Positions 9,662 to 18,546 are shown, numbered from the stretch's first letter. The stretch is DNA of 64,000 bases from Bdellovibrionales bacterium (GCA_050249195.1 JBFWQY010000020.1:30081-94080), one strand, 5' to 3'. Numbers and translations are program-made. Notes: generated by a model from the letters alone, not told the origin.

Positions 9662-10051
9662 ATGGCCACCAAACACATTATCGTCCAAAACACGGAGAGC
9701 CACCCCAAGCCGCTCCGAAGTCATTTGTCAGGACTGTACGGCTCAAACACTTTCGAGACTGGTGATTCCTTTATTGTCTTCTCTCGAAATGATGACGAAG
9801 CATTCATCGGTGATATTTTCAGCCGTTCAGAAACCTTCAATTCGGAAACGCTAGCAGAAATCATCTCAGACTTTGTTACTTATCTTGAGAAAACTGGGTG
9901 CAGCCGGGTGAGTGTGTGTGTCGACGGCCTTAAACCGAGGGCGTTGGAGCTTGTTCACGCAGCCCAAAAGCTAGACTTCATACCTCAAGATCCGTTTAAC
10001 GACTATTTGGTCTTTTTAAAGGAGTTGGAACCCAATGGGCTCTGCAATTAA
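9662..10051 (+). CDS. hypothetical protein (129 aa)
   Basis: Track ORF with the RBS AAAGGAGGCGGCCG before the ATG. No motif recognised. Confidence 0.5.
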   Translation: MATKHIIVQNTESHPKPLRSHLSGLYGSNTFETGDSFIVFSRNDDEAFIGDIFSRSETFNSETLAEIISDFVTYLEKTGCSRVSVCVDGLKPRALELVHAAQKLDFIPQDPFNDYLVFLKELEPNGLCN

Positions 10052-10925
10052 AAGCGTCACCAATGCAGTCGGAAGCGCATTCGGTTTTGGCGGAGGCAAC
10101 ACAGTCCGCTTCGATCCGTCTAGATTTGCATACAACCCGGACGCTAAGTCTTTTGGTCCGATTAACCAGGATATCGAAGGTGCGATCCAAGGAGTTCGCC
10201 AAGATAATCGTAATGCGGTCTTAGGCATTGATCAGCGAACATATCGCGATAAGCAGACCGCTCTCGCTGAAGCTTTAGAGGCTCAGGCCAGGGGAGAGGG
10301 GCCTTCCCTAGCTCAAAACCAACTGAGAAAGGCCACGGAACGAAACCTACAAGACCAAATGGCACTAGCCGCATCCGCTCGAGGAAACGTCAATCCGGCA
10401 TTAATGCAACGGCAACTGATGCAGAACCAAGCGGCCACTAATCAAGCTGCGGCTCAACAATCAGCGGACTTACGATTCCAAGAGTTGATGGCGGCGAGGC
10501 AAATGCTTGGTGATCTTGCAACGAATGCCCGGAATCAAGACGCCGCCGCTCAACAGTACGCAACCGAGGCTGAGAGAGGAATGCTGGATCAGATTGCCGG
10601 TATCCGAGATTCGAATCGTGCAGCGGCTATGAACCTTGAATCGCTTCGCTCCAACAACGCTTTAGGAGTAGGTAACCAAGCCGTTCAGGACACTATCAAT
10701 CGACGTGACACTAGAACTCAGATGCATGGAGCTCTGATAAGCGGGATCGCAAGTGGAGCTTCGGCCGGCCTGGGAGGTCCTGCGGGTGGAGCCAAAGGTG
10801 GAGCAACTCCTAAGTATGACGGCGGACTGATTCCGGGTCGAGCCAAAGTTCCTGGAGACTCTCCCGCTAACGACACTGTTCCGGCTATGCTCAGTCCCGA
10901 TGAAGTGGTTCTCCCTAGGTCTGTT
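10035..10925 (+). pseudogene. phage-like Gln/Ala/Asn-rich structural protein (pilot/tape-measure-like), 5' part, interrupted by IS66
   Basis: The N-terminus MGSAIKSVTNAVGSAFGFGGG, long Q/A/N-rich helical stretches and the motif GDSPANDTVPAMLSPDEVVLP are typical of phage tail or internal proteins. The reading frame continues exactly at 13432 once the IS and one TSD copy are removed. Confidence 0.6.
10918..10925 (+). repeat. IS66 target-site duplication, left copy (GGTCTGTT)
   Basis: Identical 8-mer at 13424-13431, directly abutting the IS termini. Confidence 0.8.
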
Positions 10926-10984
10926 GTAACCCCTGCGTAATTCGCGCCTAGTGTTTGTGGCGCCGGTCGGTCAAGCTGGCCGAC

Positions 10985-11404
10985 ATGTTGGATACTGAAT
11001 CTGTCATTTCCGAAATTCTTCAAATCAAAGCACAATGGGTAGCCGAAGTCGGCGACAAGCCTCGGCGTCTTTGGCCAAAGGCCATCAAAGAGCGCGTTTT
11101 AGCACTTGTCGACTCCGGCATCAGGCTTCGCCAGATCGCCGATCGCACCGGTGTCCCCTATGAGACCGTCTGCCAGTGGAAATTTCAGCGCGAGCATAAG
11201 CAAAGGGGCTTTCACCAGGTGCCCGTGGTTCAATCCTCGAAGGAGGCAATTACAAATGCAGGCACGGTGGCCGCGCCGGCAGATGAAAGTGCACAGCCCG
11301 AGGGGCCGATCGGGATCCGCACTCCCGATGGTTACGTGATCAAGGTGTGGTCGGAGAGGTCTGCGGCACTGGTGATTACGTCTTTGCGCCAAGGAGGATG
11401 CTGA
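10985..11404 (+). CDS. tnpA: IS66 accessory protein TnpA (HTH)
   Basis: Track ORF 10955..11404, first ORF of the IS. The HTH-like segment is SGIRLRQIADRTGVPYETVCQWK. Confidence 0.7.
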   Translation: MLDTESVISEILQIKAQWVAEVGDKPRRLWPKAIKERVLALVDSGIRLRQIADRTGVPYETVCQWKFQREHKQRGFHQVPVVQSSKEAITNAGTVAAPADESAQPEGPIGIRTPDGYVIKVWSERSAALVITSLRQGGC

Positions 11405-11862
11405 TGTTCTTGGATAGAAAAGGACTTAGGGTCTTCGTGTACCGGGAGCCGATCGACATGCGCTGTGGCTTCGAGCGCCTGCACAGCTTTTGCGTTCATC
11501 ACATGAAAGCCGAGATGAACCAGGGACACCTATATGTGTTCTTCGGCAAGAACCGGCGGCGCTTGAAGTGCCTGGTGTACGACGGAACCGGTCTCGTTCT
11601 GCTCTCAAAGCGCATGGAGCGCGGCCAGTTCATGTCGCACGCGAAACTTCTCGGTCGCGCCGAGATCACGATCCAGGAGCTTCAGTTGATCTTGCACGGG
11701 AGCGTGATCAAAAAGCCCGTCGTCGACCGGAGCATGCCTGCCAGTGCGCCTTCGACGACGCATTGGGAAGGTGTTGATTTACCTGTTGGGTCTACGCCAT
11801 CTTGCAAACCTGCATGGGGAGCGCCACAAAATCCGCAGACCAGCTTCGCATCGAGAGACTGA
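11398..11862 (+). CDS. tnpB: IS66 accessory protein TnpB (Orf2)
   Basis: RVFVYREPIDMRCGFERLHSFCV...LYVFFGKNRRRLKCLVYDGTGLVLLSKRMERGQF is the IS66 Orf2 signature. The ATG at 11398 overlaps the tnpA stop. Confidence 0.8.
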   Translation: MLMFLDRKGLRVFVYREPIDMRCGFERLHSFCVHHMKAEMNQGHLYVFFGKNRRRLKCLVYDGTGLVLLSKRMERGQFMSHAKLLGRAEITIQELQLILHGSVIKKPVVDRSMPASAPSTTHWEGVDLPVGSTPSCKPAWGAPQNPQTSFASRD

Positions 11863-13412
11863 TCAAGTCCGAGACCAATCCGGAGATTTTGCAGATCCTA
11901 CTTCTTGAAACGGCAGAGGAGAACAAGCGGCTCAAAGCTCGGCTTGAGGCGCTAGAGAACGCGAAAGCGGCAGAAGCTCAAGTTACCATGGCGCTCGAGG
12001 AGCGCCTGAGGCTGCTTCGAGGCGCCATGTTCGGCCGCTCGCGCGAAGAGCGTGTGGAAGCGAGCGACCGAGCAAGGGATAAAAGCCAGGAGGCAGCCCT
12101 GCTGTTCTCGAAGGCGGCGTTCCCTGCGCCACAGACTCGGGACGATGATCAGAAGAACAAGGCAAAGGGTAAGGAACTCGATGGCGTGCCAGTTGAGCAC
12201 CGCATGACGCCCGAGGATCTGACCAAGGAAAGCGAGCTTCGCGGGCTTGCCAATCCATCAGGTGAGCAATGGAGGGACACTGGGCTCTACGATGAGTCCG
12301 TGAAGGTTCAGATCATCGAGCGAAAATACGTTCGCGAGCTGCACAGACGTTACAAGTACAAGCTCAAAGAAGAATACCTGCCGGTCGACGCGGAAAAGGA
12401 GGTCATCATCACGGCACCGGGGCCTGAAGAGCTTCTTGCGGGCATGAATTACACGACGGAGTTCGTGGGCAGCGTTGCCGCGGACAAGTACGTCTCCCAC
12501 ATCCCCCTTGAGCGTCAGACCCGGCAGATGGAAAGCTTGGGGTTAAAAGGGATCAAAACATCGACTCTCTCGAGGATGTGCTTTTTGGCCGCGGTCTCCT
12601 TAGAACCTCTAGCAGAGCGGATCAGAAAGGAGCTGATCCAAACAGACCTTGCGTTACACTTGGACGAGACTCCATGGAAAATACAAAACAGCAAAGAGCG
12701 CGACGGCTACATGTGGGTGATGTCGAATCGGTACGGTTCGTACTACTTCTTCAAGCCGACACGTTCAGGTCAAGTTCTTAAAGAAAAACTTGGCGACTAC
12801 TCAGGACCTGCTCTGACCGACGGCTATGGCGGATACTCGGTTCTTGAAGAACTTGGCATTAAGCAGGGACTTTGCTGGGCTCATGCACGCCGGGAGTTTT
12901 TCCCTCTTGAAAGCCATGATCCCTCGGTGAAGCCAATACTCGACCTCATCGATGAGCTGTTCGCCATCGAGCGCGAAGCGGAGACGTTTGAGCAACTGGC
13001 GGAGCTAAGAAAAGAGCGAAGTCGCCCAATCACCGAAAAGCTTCGTGAGCTTCTCATCGAGGAGTTCCCAAAATCCCGGCCGGGATCAGCCAAACGCAAG
13101 GCCATCGAGTACACGATGAAGCGCTGGCAAGGTCTAACGTTCTTCCTGGAGGACACGCGCCTGGCCCTCTCGAACAACGAAGCCGAGCGCACGATCAGGC
13201 ATGCGGTAATGGGCAGGAAGAACTATTATGGCTCGGGCAACCATGAGGGCGCGAAGACCGCAGCCATCCTCTTTACGATTATCGAATCAGCTAAGAAGAA
13301 CGATATTGACCCAAGATCATTCCTGCTCATGAGCCTCGCCCGCGCTGCGCGCGGCGAGGATCTTGAAACGCCTCTGGCCTATGCTCGCCGCACTCGTCAA
13401 CTCGTGAGTTAA
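11802..13412 (+). CDS. IS66-family transposase
   Basis: 536 aa with an N-terminal coiled coil and the signatures LHLDETPWKI, GYMWV and CWAHARREF, typical of IS66 TnpC. Confidence 0.85.
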   Translation: MQTCMGSATKSADQLRIERLIKSETNPEILQILLLETAEENKRLKARLEALENAKAAEAQVTMALEERLRLLRGAMFGRSREERVEASDRARDKSQEAALLFSKAAFPAPQTRDDDQKNKAKGKELDGVPVEHRMTPEDLTKESELRGLANPSGEQWRDTGLYDESVKVQIIERKYVRELHRRYKYKLKEEYLPVDAEKEVIITAPGPEELLAGMNYTTEFVGSVAADKYVSHIPLERQTRQMESLGLKGIKTSTLSRMCFLAAVSLEPLAERIRKELIQTDLALHLDETPWKIQNSKERDGYMWVMSNRYGSYYFFKPTRSGQVLKEKLGDYSGPALTDGYGGYSVLEELGIKQGLCWAHARREFFPLESHDPSVKPILDLIDELFAIEREAETFEQLAELRKERSRPITEKLRELLIEEFPKSRPGSAKRKAIEYTMKRWQGLTFFLEDTRLALSNNEAERTIRHAVMGRKNYYGSGNHEGAKTAAILFTIIESAKKNDIDPRSFLLMSLARAARGEDLETPLAYARRTRQLVS

Positions 13413-13423
13413 GCAGGGGTTAC

Positions 13424-13431
13424 GGTCTGTT
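13424..13431 (+). repeat. IS66 target-site duplication, right copy (GGTCTGTT)
   Basis: Identical to 10918-10925. Confidence 0.8.
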
Positions 13432-13629
13432 GTGAAAAGTGAAGACCCTTATAAGGCCACCAAGGAATTCCTTGAGGCATTGGATCGCAAGTATCCGGGA
13501 AAAATTGGGACTTCGAAGAAACAATCTAAACGGACCAATGAAGCGACAGGGTTCGGGGCCGTACTTGCCGCTCAAGCTGAATTGAATAATCGGTTGAAGG
13601 AACTGGAAGGTAAGAGAGGCAGAAAATAA
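13432..13629 (+). pseudogene. 3' part of the IS66-interrupted phage-like gene
   Basis: In frame with 10035..10925 after removal of the IS and one TSD copy (…LPRSV-VKSEDPYKATKEF…GKRGRK*). Confidence 0.6.
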
Positions 13630-14951
13630 ACACCCGGAGAGCCCCCTCCCCCTGGGTCAGATTCAGAATGCTGTTTTAAAAACTCGGACATTTTAGGAAA
13701 TTCAGGAACTATCCAAGCAATCAAACAGCCATGCAAATGACTATCGAGAAATAATTCCCCGTGAGTACTTTTGAAATGCTGAAACAATACCAGATGCATT
13801 GCAAAAACATACCTCCCACTTTTCTGCGGTACCGAAAAAACGTCCTCTGTCCAAACCCTCAATACGGAAGAGAAATAAGAAATTTATATTGAAAGTACTG
13901 GCTAAAAATCGCGGTACCTAAATATGGTTGTCGCAGCTTACCGTCAAAATGCTAGCAAAAATGCTTGCGCAAAATTTGCGTATTCCTCATGATGTGTACA
14001 AGTAATTTACGTAAATACGTATTTTGCGGGTAAGTGGTCAGGAAAAAGAGGAGAGAACTCTTTCGAAGTTCCCCCCTCGAACTCTCTTTAAAACCAGATA
14101 TTGACGTTTATCTGAGCTTTATCGAGAGCGCATAAGATTAGAAACCCTATGCTAGTGATGAGCGATACAGCGCCCCTCCTAGCCCCTGAGATGCTCCTTC
14201 CATCGGATTTACTCGGGGGTTCAGGAGAGGACGCATCCTCATTGGAACCTCCACGTTCCATGTTCCCTCCTTGGTTAGTACACGCAAACCGGCATGCAGA
14301 TGTACACGATATTTCGCAGGAGAAATACCCTTCCCCTACGAGCCAGTTACCGGAAATCTGGGGAGAGTTGGAACGTGGTCAAAAGATGTTCTCCAGCCTT
14401 TCGCCGATGGTCAACTTCAAAGCTCATATATTGGAGTGAATGCGATGCATTCTTACCGGGACAACGATGCAACTCGCTTTCGCACCTGTATCCAGCCCAT
14501 AAAGGAAAACGTCGACGGCCTCTTGCCCCCATATACGTTGCACTTTAGGTCCCGCCTAACCATAAATTCTTAGCTAGTCGGAGAACCCAAGGATCCCCGA
14601 CACCCCCTCCCCGGGGTACAAATCAGAATGCCGTTTTAAAAACTCTGACCTCTACAGCTTTTTCGGGTCGACTCCTCTTTGATCAGGGCACTAAACATAC
14701 CGTTAAAGGATACAGTGCCCAACAAAAGTCCGGGACCTCTAATTACCTCAAAATTCGATCTTCTAAGTACCTGAAATCAGGAGTCTGAAATTCACGAAAT
14801 GGCAAATTCTCGAGCGCAAATCCAGTCCCGAGGGGTCAGGTAGCCACCCCCCTTGAACACGCAAGAAATTGCCTTCTGAACGAATCTAATGAGGTTTGAG
14901 CAACAGTCGGGGCGACCAACCAGTAGGATAATGTCCCCCAAGTGCGGACTT

Positions 14952-15602
14952 CTATCGTTCACGGCAAGTTGAATTGATGAACGCCCCAGTCTGAGTTGAG
15001 GTGCATGATATCCGACGCTGTTGACTGCCGCTATTAACACCCTCTGAGAATCCCTTAAAAAAACGCTGCCAGAATCCCCTGCGCTCATTTTTGGGGTTAG
15101 CAAGGGCCTGCTGGTTGTTCTTTTCAATGGCACCAAGAACCAGGTCATTGTGAGTCTTTAGGAGATGAACCTCGACCGCCGGCAAATTGTTGTATTTGTC
15201 GGGGTATGCTTTCATAAGGTCGGAAAGACGAGTCCAGTCACCATGCTCATACTGAAGGCGGAACATAGCCATGACCTGTTCAATCTCTCCTCGATAAAGC
15301 TCCTGGCATTTCTTTTCGCTATTTCCATTTGAGAGACACGATCCAAGGAAGTCCGCATTGCGAGTAGCATAAACGGCGGTATTCTCAGCGTATATGTATG
15401 GGTTTGAGTTGAGTCCAGCGTTGGTGGCTTCCCTACGAAGCTTCGCAAGCTCTTCCGGGCTTCCAGGGAACACGAGTCTCTTAGCAAGTTCAACCTCAAC
15501 CGCTTTCGCCTGCGTCTCATGCTTTGAATTCTTACATCGGCCTATCGCACACCCTGTAGAAAGCGATCCCATTATCAGTAGAGGCACAACGAGTATGTTC
15601 AT
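14952..15602 (-). CDS. lipoprotein, function unknown
   Basis: 216 aa. The signal peptide has the lipobox MNILVVPLLIMGSLSTGC. There is a 4-nt overlap with the upstream RHH gene. Confidence 0.6.
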   Translation of the reverse strand: MNILVVPLLIMGSLSTGCAIGRCKNSKHETQAKAVEVELAKRLVFPGSPEELAKLRREATNAGLNSNPYIYAENTAVYATRNADFLGSCLSNGNSEKKCQELYRGEIEQVMAMFRLQYEHGDWTRLSDLMKAYPDKYNNLPAVEVHLLKTHNDLVLGAIEKNNQQALANPKNERRGFWQRFFKGFSEGVNSGSQQRRISCTSTQTGAFINSTCRER

Positions 15603-15763
15603 TTATCCTCCTGATCCTCCAGCCATCGACAATAGTCTATCAGAACCTGCTCCGCTACTTCACCAACAGTTAGCTTTCCTCGCTTAGCTTCTTTCTCAAG
15701 AGCCTTTTTCACATACTGAGGCACTCTGAATGCGATAGGTACTCTAGTATCCTTCTGGGCCAT
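15599..15763 (-). CDS. ribbon-helix-helix (CopG/Arc-like) DNA-binding protein
   Basis: Track ORF 15599..15817. The likely start is Met at 15763. MAQKDTRVPIAFRVPQYVKKALEKEAKRGKLTVGEVAEQVLIDY shows a beta-strand followed by two helices. Confidence 0.6.
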   Translation of the reverse strand: MAQKDTRVPIAFRVPQYVKKALEKEAKRGKLTVGEVAEQVLIDYCRWLEDQEDK

Positions 15764-15809
15764 CTCTGTCGCTCGTCTGAACACTCTGCGCATAGAAATT
15801 AATATAGAC

Positions 15810-15842
15810 GAATTCATATCGAATTCAATTTGAATTCATTTC
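15810..15842. promoter_or_regulatory. three tandem 11-bp repeats, each containing GAATTCA; candidate operator in a divergent promoter
   Basis: GAATTCATATC / GAATTCAATTT / GAATTCATTTC, lying between the RHH gene and the plus-strand paralog array. Confidence 0.4.
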
Positions 15843-15951
15843 CGATGGTGCCACGCAGTAATTTAGAGTAAACTAGGACTATCAACACGCAACCATCTTG
15901 CACCGGGCACCTCCTGAAGATCTCAAAATCAGCCTAAGAAGGAGGTAGCAA

Positions 15952-16218
15952 ATGGCTGGACGTAAGAAGAATGCTCGAACCGCCTCAAAGAAGGTCCAAC
16001 AGAACAAGCTGTTTCCCATTCCGTGGGAAGAGGTCCTACAGGGGACTCTGTATGGGCCAACAATTGAGCGCGAACTACGTGCGAAAGAAGGGCTGAGTGA
16101 CGATCTGAGTATCCTCCCCCCGCCTGGGACCAAGGCGTTTGACCGATTGACTAATAAACGACAACGAGAAGCTTTGAAGTGGTTCAAAAAGCAATCTGCC
16201 CGTTCAAAGCGCTCGTGA
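15952..16218 (+). CDS. small basic protein, paralog family member 1 (C-type motif)
   Basis: 88 aa with the RBS AAGGAGG. The C-terminus AFDRLTNKRQREALKWFKKQSARSKRS is shared with the C-terminus of 16666..17193. Confidence 0.6.
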   Translation: MAGRKKNARTASKKVQQNKLFPIPWEEVLQGTLYGPTIERELRAKEGLSDDLSILPPPGTKAFDRLTNKRQREALKWFKKQSARSKRS

Positions 16219-16258
16219 TTGAGAACTACCAACCTAAACCTAAAGAGGAGGAGAAATA

Positions 16259-16627
16259 ATGGCACGTAAGGAGAAATCTCCGAACAAGCAAAGAGGGGGC
16301 CGCCCGAGCCTCGAAGAGGAGGAAGCCATTAGATCCATGTTTGACGGGCTTCTCAGAAGAAGCATGAGCCGGAGACTTAAATTCCTCCCAGCAAAGAAGG
16401 CTAAGGTGTTCAAAACACTCTCGGTAGAGGAGCAATATCTGGCTCTAGAGTCCTTCATCAAAGACGCTCAAGAGTACTTCATCCTGACGGCCGATCTATA
16501 CAGAGATAAGGACGACAAAACTCTCGCGAGGGAGATCCGTGAGGCCTACGCTGAATACCGAGAACAACGCCGCCAAATAATTCATTTCGGCGCAGGTTAT
16601 CGAAGAATATCGACCTGTAACAATTAA
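16259..16627 (+). CDS. small basic protein, paralog family member 2 (N-type domain)
   Basis: 122 aa with the RBS GAGGAGG. VFKTLSVEEQYLALESFIKDAQEY..LYRDKDDKTLAREIREAYAEYREQRRQIIHF aligns with the N-terminal half of 16666..17193. Confidence 0.6.
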   Translation: MARKEKSPNKQRGGRPSLEEEEAIRSMFDGLLRRSMSRRLKFLPAKKAKVFKTLSVEEQYLALESFIKDAQEYFILTADLYRDKDDKTLAREIREAYAEYREQRRQIIHFGAGYRRISTCNN

Positions 16628-16665
16628 CCGGTCATGTATTTGACCCATTAACTAAGGAGGATGTC

Positions 16666-17193
16666 ATGTCAGTAGCACGTAAGCAGACGAGATCTCAGAA
16701 ACTAGAGTTAAAGAAGCTTTCCTATAGTGTTAGTCGCAGATTTTCTCGCTTCTTTAGGTTCCATCGCAATACCGATCCCAAGGTATTTAAGGCGCTCTCG
16801 TCACAAGACCAAGAAGACACTTTAGCGTTCTTCAGAGAACAATGGCTCGAATCGGTGGTCCTCACCGGCATCTATAACAGAGATCTTGACGATAAGACGT
16901 TTGCTGCAAAGATGCGCAAGGCGCTGGATGATTATCAGAAGGCTGCCAGACAAATAGATCGGTTCGATATGAAGTATTCCCGGAAGTCGGAGTCAATTCC
17001 AACCACTTCAGAAGAAGTCCGGCGAATTGAGGCAACGATAGTTGAGAGCATGACGGAAAATATAGCCTACTACCCGGCACCAGACTCCGATGCATTCAAT
17101 CAAATGTCAGAGCAAGAACAACAAGCCGCTTTGGAATGGTTTGAGAAGGACGCCGCCCGTTCAAAGCGGTGTGGACTTCCGGTTATCAAGTAG
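16666..17193 (+). CDS. small basic protein, paralog family member 3 (N-type plus C-type domains)
   Basis: 175 aa with the RBS AAGGAGG. It contains both VFKALSSQDQEDTLAFFREQ..YNRDLDDKTFAAKMRKALDDYQKAARQIDRF and AFNQMSEQEQQAALEWFEKDAARSKRC. Confidence 0.6.
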   Translation: MSVARKQTRSQKLELKKLSYSVSRRFSRFFRFHRNTDPKVFKALSSQDQEDTLAFFREQWLESVVLTGIYNRDLDDKTFAAKMRKALDDYQKAARQIDRFDMKYSRKSESIPTTSEEVRRIEATIVESMTENIAYYPAPDSDAFNQMSEQEQQAALEWFEKDAARSKRCGLPVIK

Positions 17194-17237
17194 GAAGCGC
17201 TGAGTGATCCAAACCTAAACTAACAAGGAGAAGAGTA

Positions 17238-17474
17238 ATGACTGTACGTGAAAAGATGTCTTCAACCGCTCGACAAAAACGACGAGAATGGCCAGAAAAA
17301 CTTTTGCAGCTAGATAGAGCGATCAAATTCAAGACTTATCCAGTACCAAAGTCGGAACCGTTTAAGAAGTTAACGCCCGAAGAGCAACGGATCGCTCAAG
17401 AATGGTATGACTGGGTGGTTACTACCATAAGAAGTAGGCGAGCTACTCGCAATAGCAAACATGGTGACAATTAA
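17238..17474 (+). CDS. small basic protein, paralog family member 4 (divergent C-type)
   Basis: 78 aa with the RBS AAGGAGAAG. PFKKLTPEEQRIAQEWYDW is a divergent C-type motif. The 3' end overlaps the recombinase start by 14 nt. Confidence 0.55.
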   Translation: MTVREKMSSTARQKRREWPEKLLQLDRAIKFKTYPVPKSEPFKKLTPEEQRIAQEWYDWVVTTIRSRRATRNSKHGDN

Positions 17475-18069
17475 GACCAAGCGGCCTCGAGTGGTCTTGT
17501 ACTGCAGAGTCTCCACTCTAGACCAGTCAAACGAGGCTCAAAAACGAGAACTTCTGGCTTACTGCTCTAGCCGGGGTTGGGCGGTTACTGCCATTTACGA
17601 AGACCAAAAAAGTGGCACAACCACAAACCGCCCTGCCTTTCAAAAACTGATGAAAGACGCTCACGCGAAGACATTCGATCGGGTCGTAGTCTTCAAAATC
17701 GATCGCATGGCAAGGTCCCTTAGGGATTTAATAGTGACACTTCAGGAGTTGATTGATCTCGATGTAGAGTTTGTCTCCATTAGGGACCATATTGACCTGA
17801 CTACAAGTGCTGGACGTCTCATGTTCAACATACTGGGAGCGTTCGGTCAGTTCGAAGCAGAGTTAATCAGGGAGCGGACGGTCTCGGGACTCAGAAACGC
17901 CAAGGCAAAGGGTAAACGACTGGGCAGACCTCCAACCATCGACGCCAAAGCTGTAATCGCTCGACGGAAGAGAGGGGCAAAGATTCGCGATATTGCCGCC
18001 TACTACGGCGTCTCTGATTCAGCGATTAAGAACATAATAGCCCGAACAAGAAAAAAGGGAACCCGGTAG
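17461..18069 (+). CDS. serine recombinase (resolvase/invertase family)
   Basis: 202 aa. The catalytic motif is VVLYCRVSTLDQSNEAQ, followed by a resolvase core and the C-terminal HTH KIRDIAAYYGVSDSAIKNIIAR. Confidence 0.85.
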   Translation: MVTIKTKRPRVVLYCRVSTLDQSNEAQKRELLAYCSSRGWAVTAIYEDQKSGTTTNRPAFQKLMKDAHAKTFDRVVVFKIDRMARSLRDLIVTLQELIDLDVEFVSIRDHIDLTTSAGRLMFNILGAFGQFEAELIRERTVSGLRNAKAKGKRLGRPPTIDAKAVIARRKRGAKIRDIAAYYGVSDSAIKNIIARTRKKGTR

Positions 18070-18345
18070 GACGATCACTCCCTGATAATACAGACATAAT
18101 ATAATCATAATATATTTAACCCAATAAATGTATTACACCCTTATATCTTAATGAATATCCGTTTAAATATCTGACTATACCCCTGATCGTGTCCCTAATC
18201 GTGTACATAATTTGTGTACAAAAATCGTGTATGTCTGTCTGAATGTACGAACATATGTACGTTTACGAACGTATTTTATCTAAATCTTCATATCCATCCG
18301 CCGATACGAAAGTTGGCACTCGTGCCGCAAATTGAGGAATCAGAA

Positions 18346-18546
18346 ATGGTGGACGGTGACTTTGAAGACATCTTTAAGCTGAGTGGCTACCTAGAAGCAT
18401 TGAAGTATCTGATAGCGGTAGCAACTGATGAGTTAGGGGCCGGAGTCACACCGGAGACGGTCCTAGTCCGCTTCCATGTCAAGGCCAGCCGTCTGAGGAG
18501 GCTTGAGGGGGCGAGCAAACGCATCCGGAGAAAGAGAGCCAGATGA
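18346..18546 (+). CDS. hypothetical small protein
   Basis: Track ORF 18214..18546. The ATG at 18346 follows GAGGAATCAGAA. The upstream part of the track ORF lies in an AT-rich repeat region. Confidence 0.4.
   Translation: MVDGDFEDIFKLSGYLEALKYLIAVATDELGAGVTPETVLVRFHVKASRLRRLEGASKRIRRKRAR

Larger units (their letters stand above)
10926..13423 (+). mobile_element. IS66-family insertion sequence (2498 bp), apparently intact
   Basis: Terminal inverted repeat GTAACCCCTGC (10926-10936) / GCAGGGGTTAC (13413-13423), an 8-bp TSD, and the three-ORF tnpA-tnpB-transposase organisation. Confidence 0.85.

Noticed and set aside
13572-13862. Minus-strand ORF whose C-terminus (SEFLKQHSESDPGGGG) seemed to have a protein-level paralog at 14600-14650.
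   Set aside because: The second copy is closed by an in-frame TAG immediately upstream and has no start codon. The similarity is a DNA-level repeat, not a conserved coding region.
14149-14573. Overlapping plus-strand ORFs 14149..14439, 14271..14573 and 14294..14548 as island genes.
   Set aside because: Three mutually overlapping frames with no RBS, motif or composition signal to choose among them. They are left unannotated.
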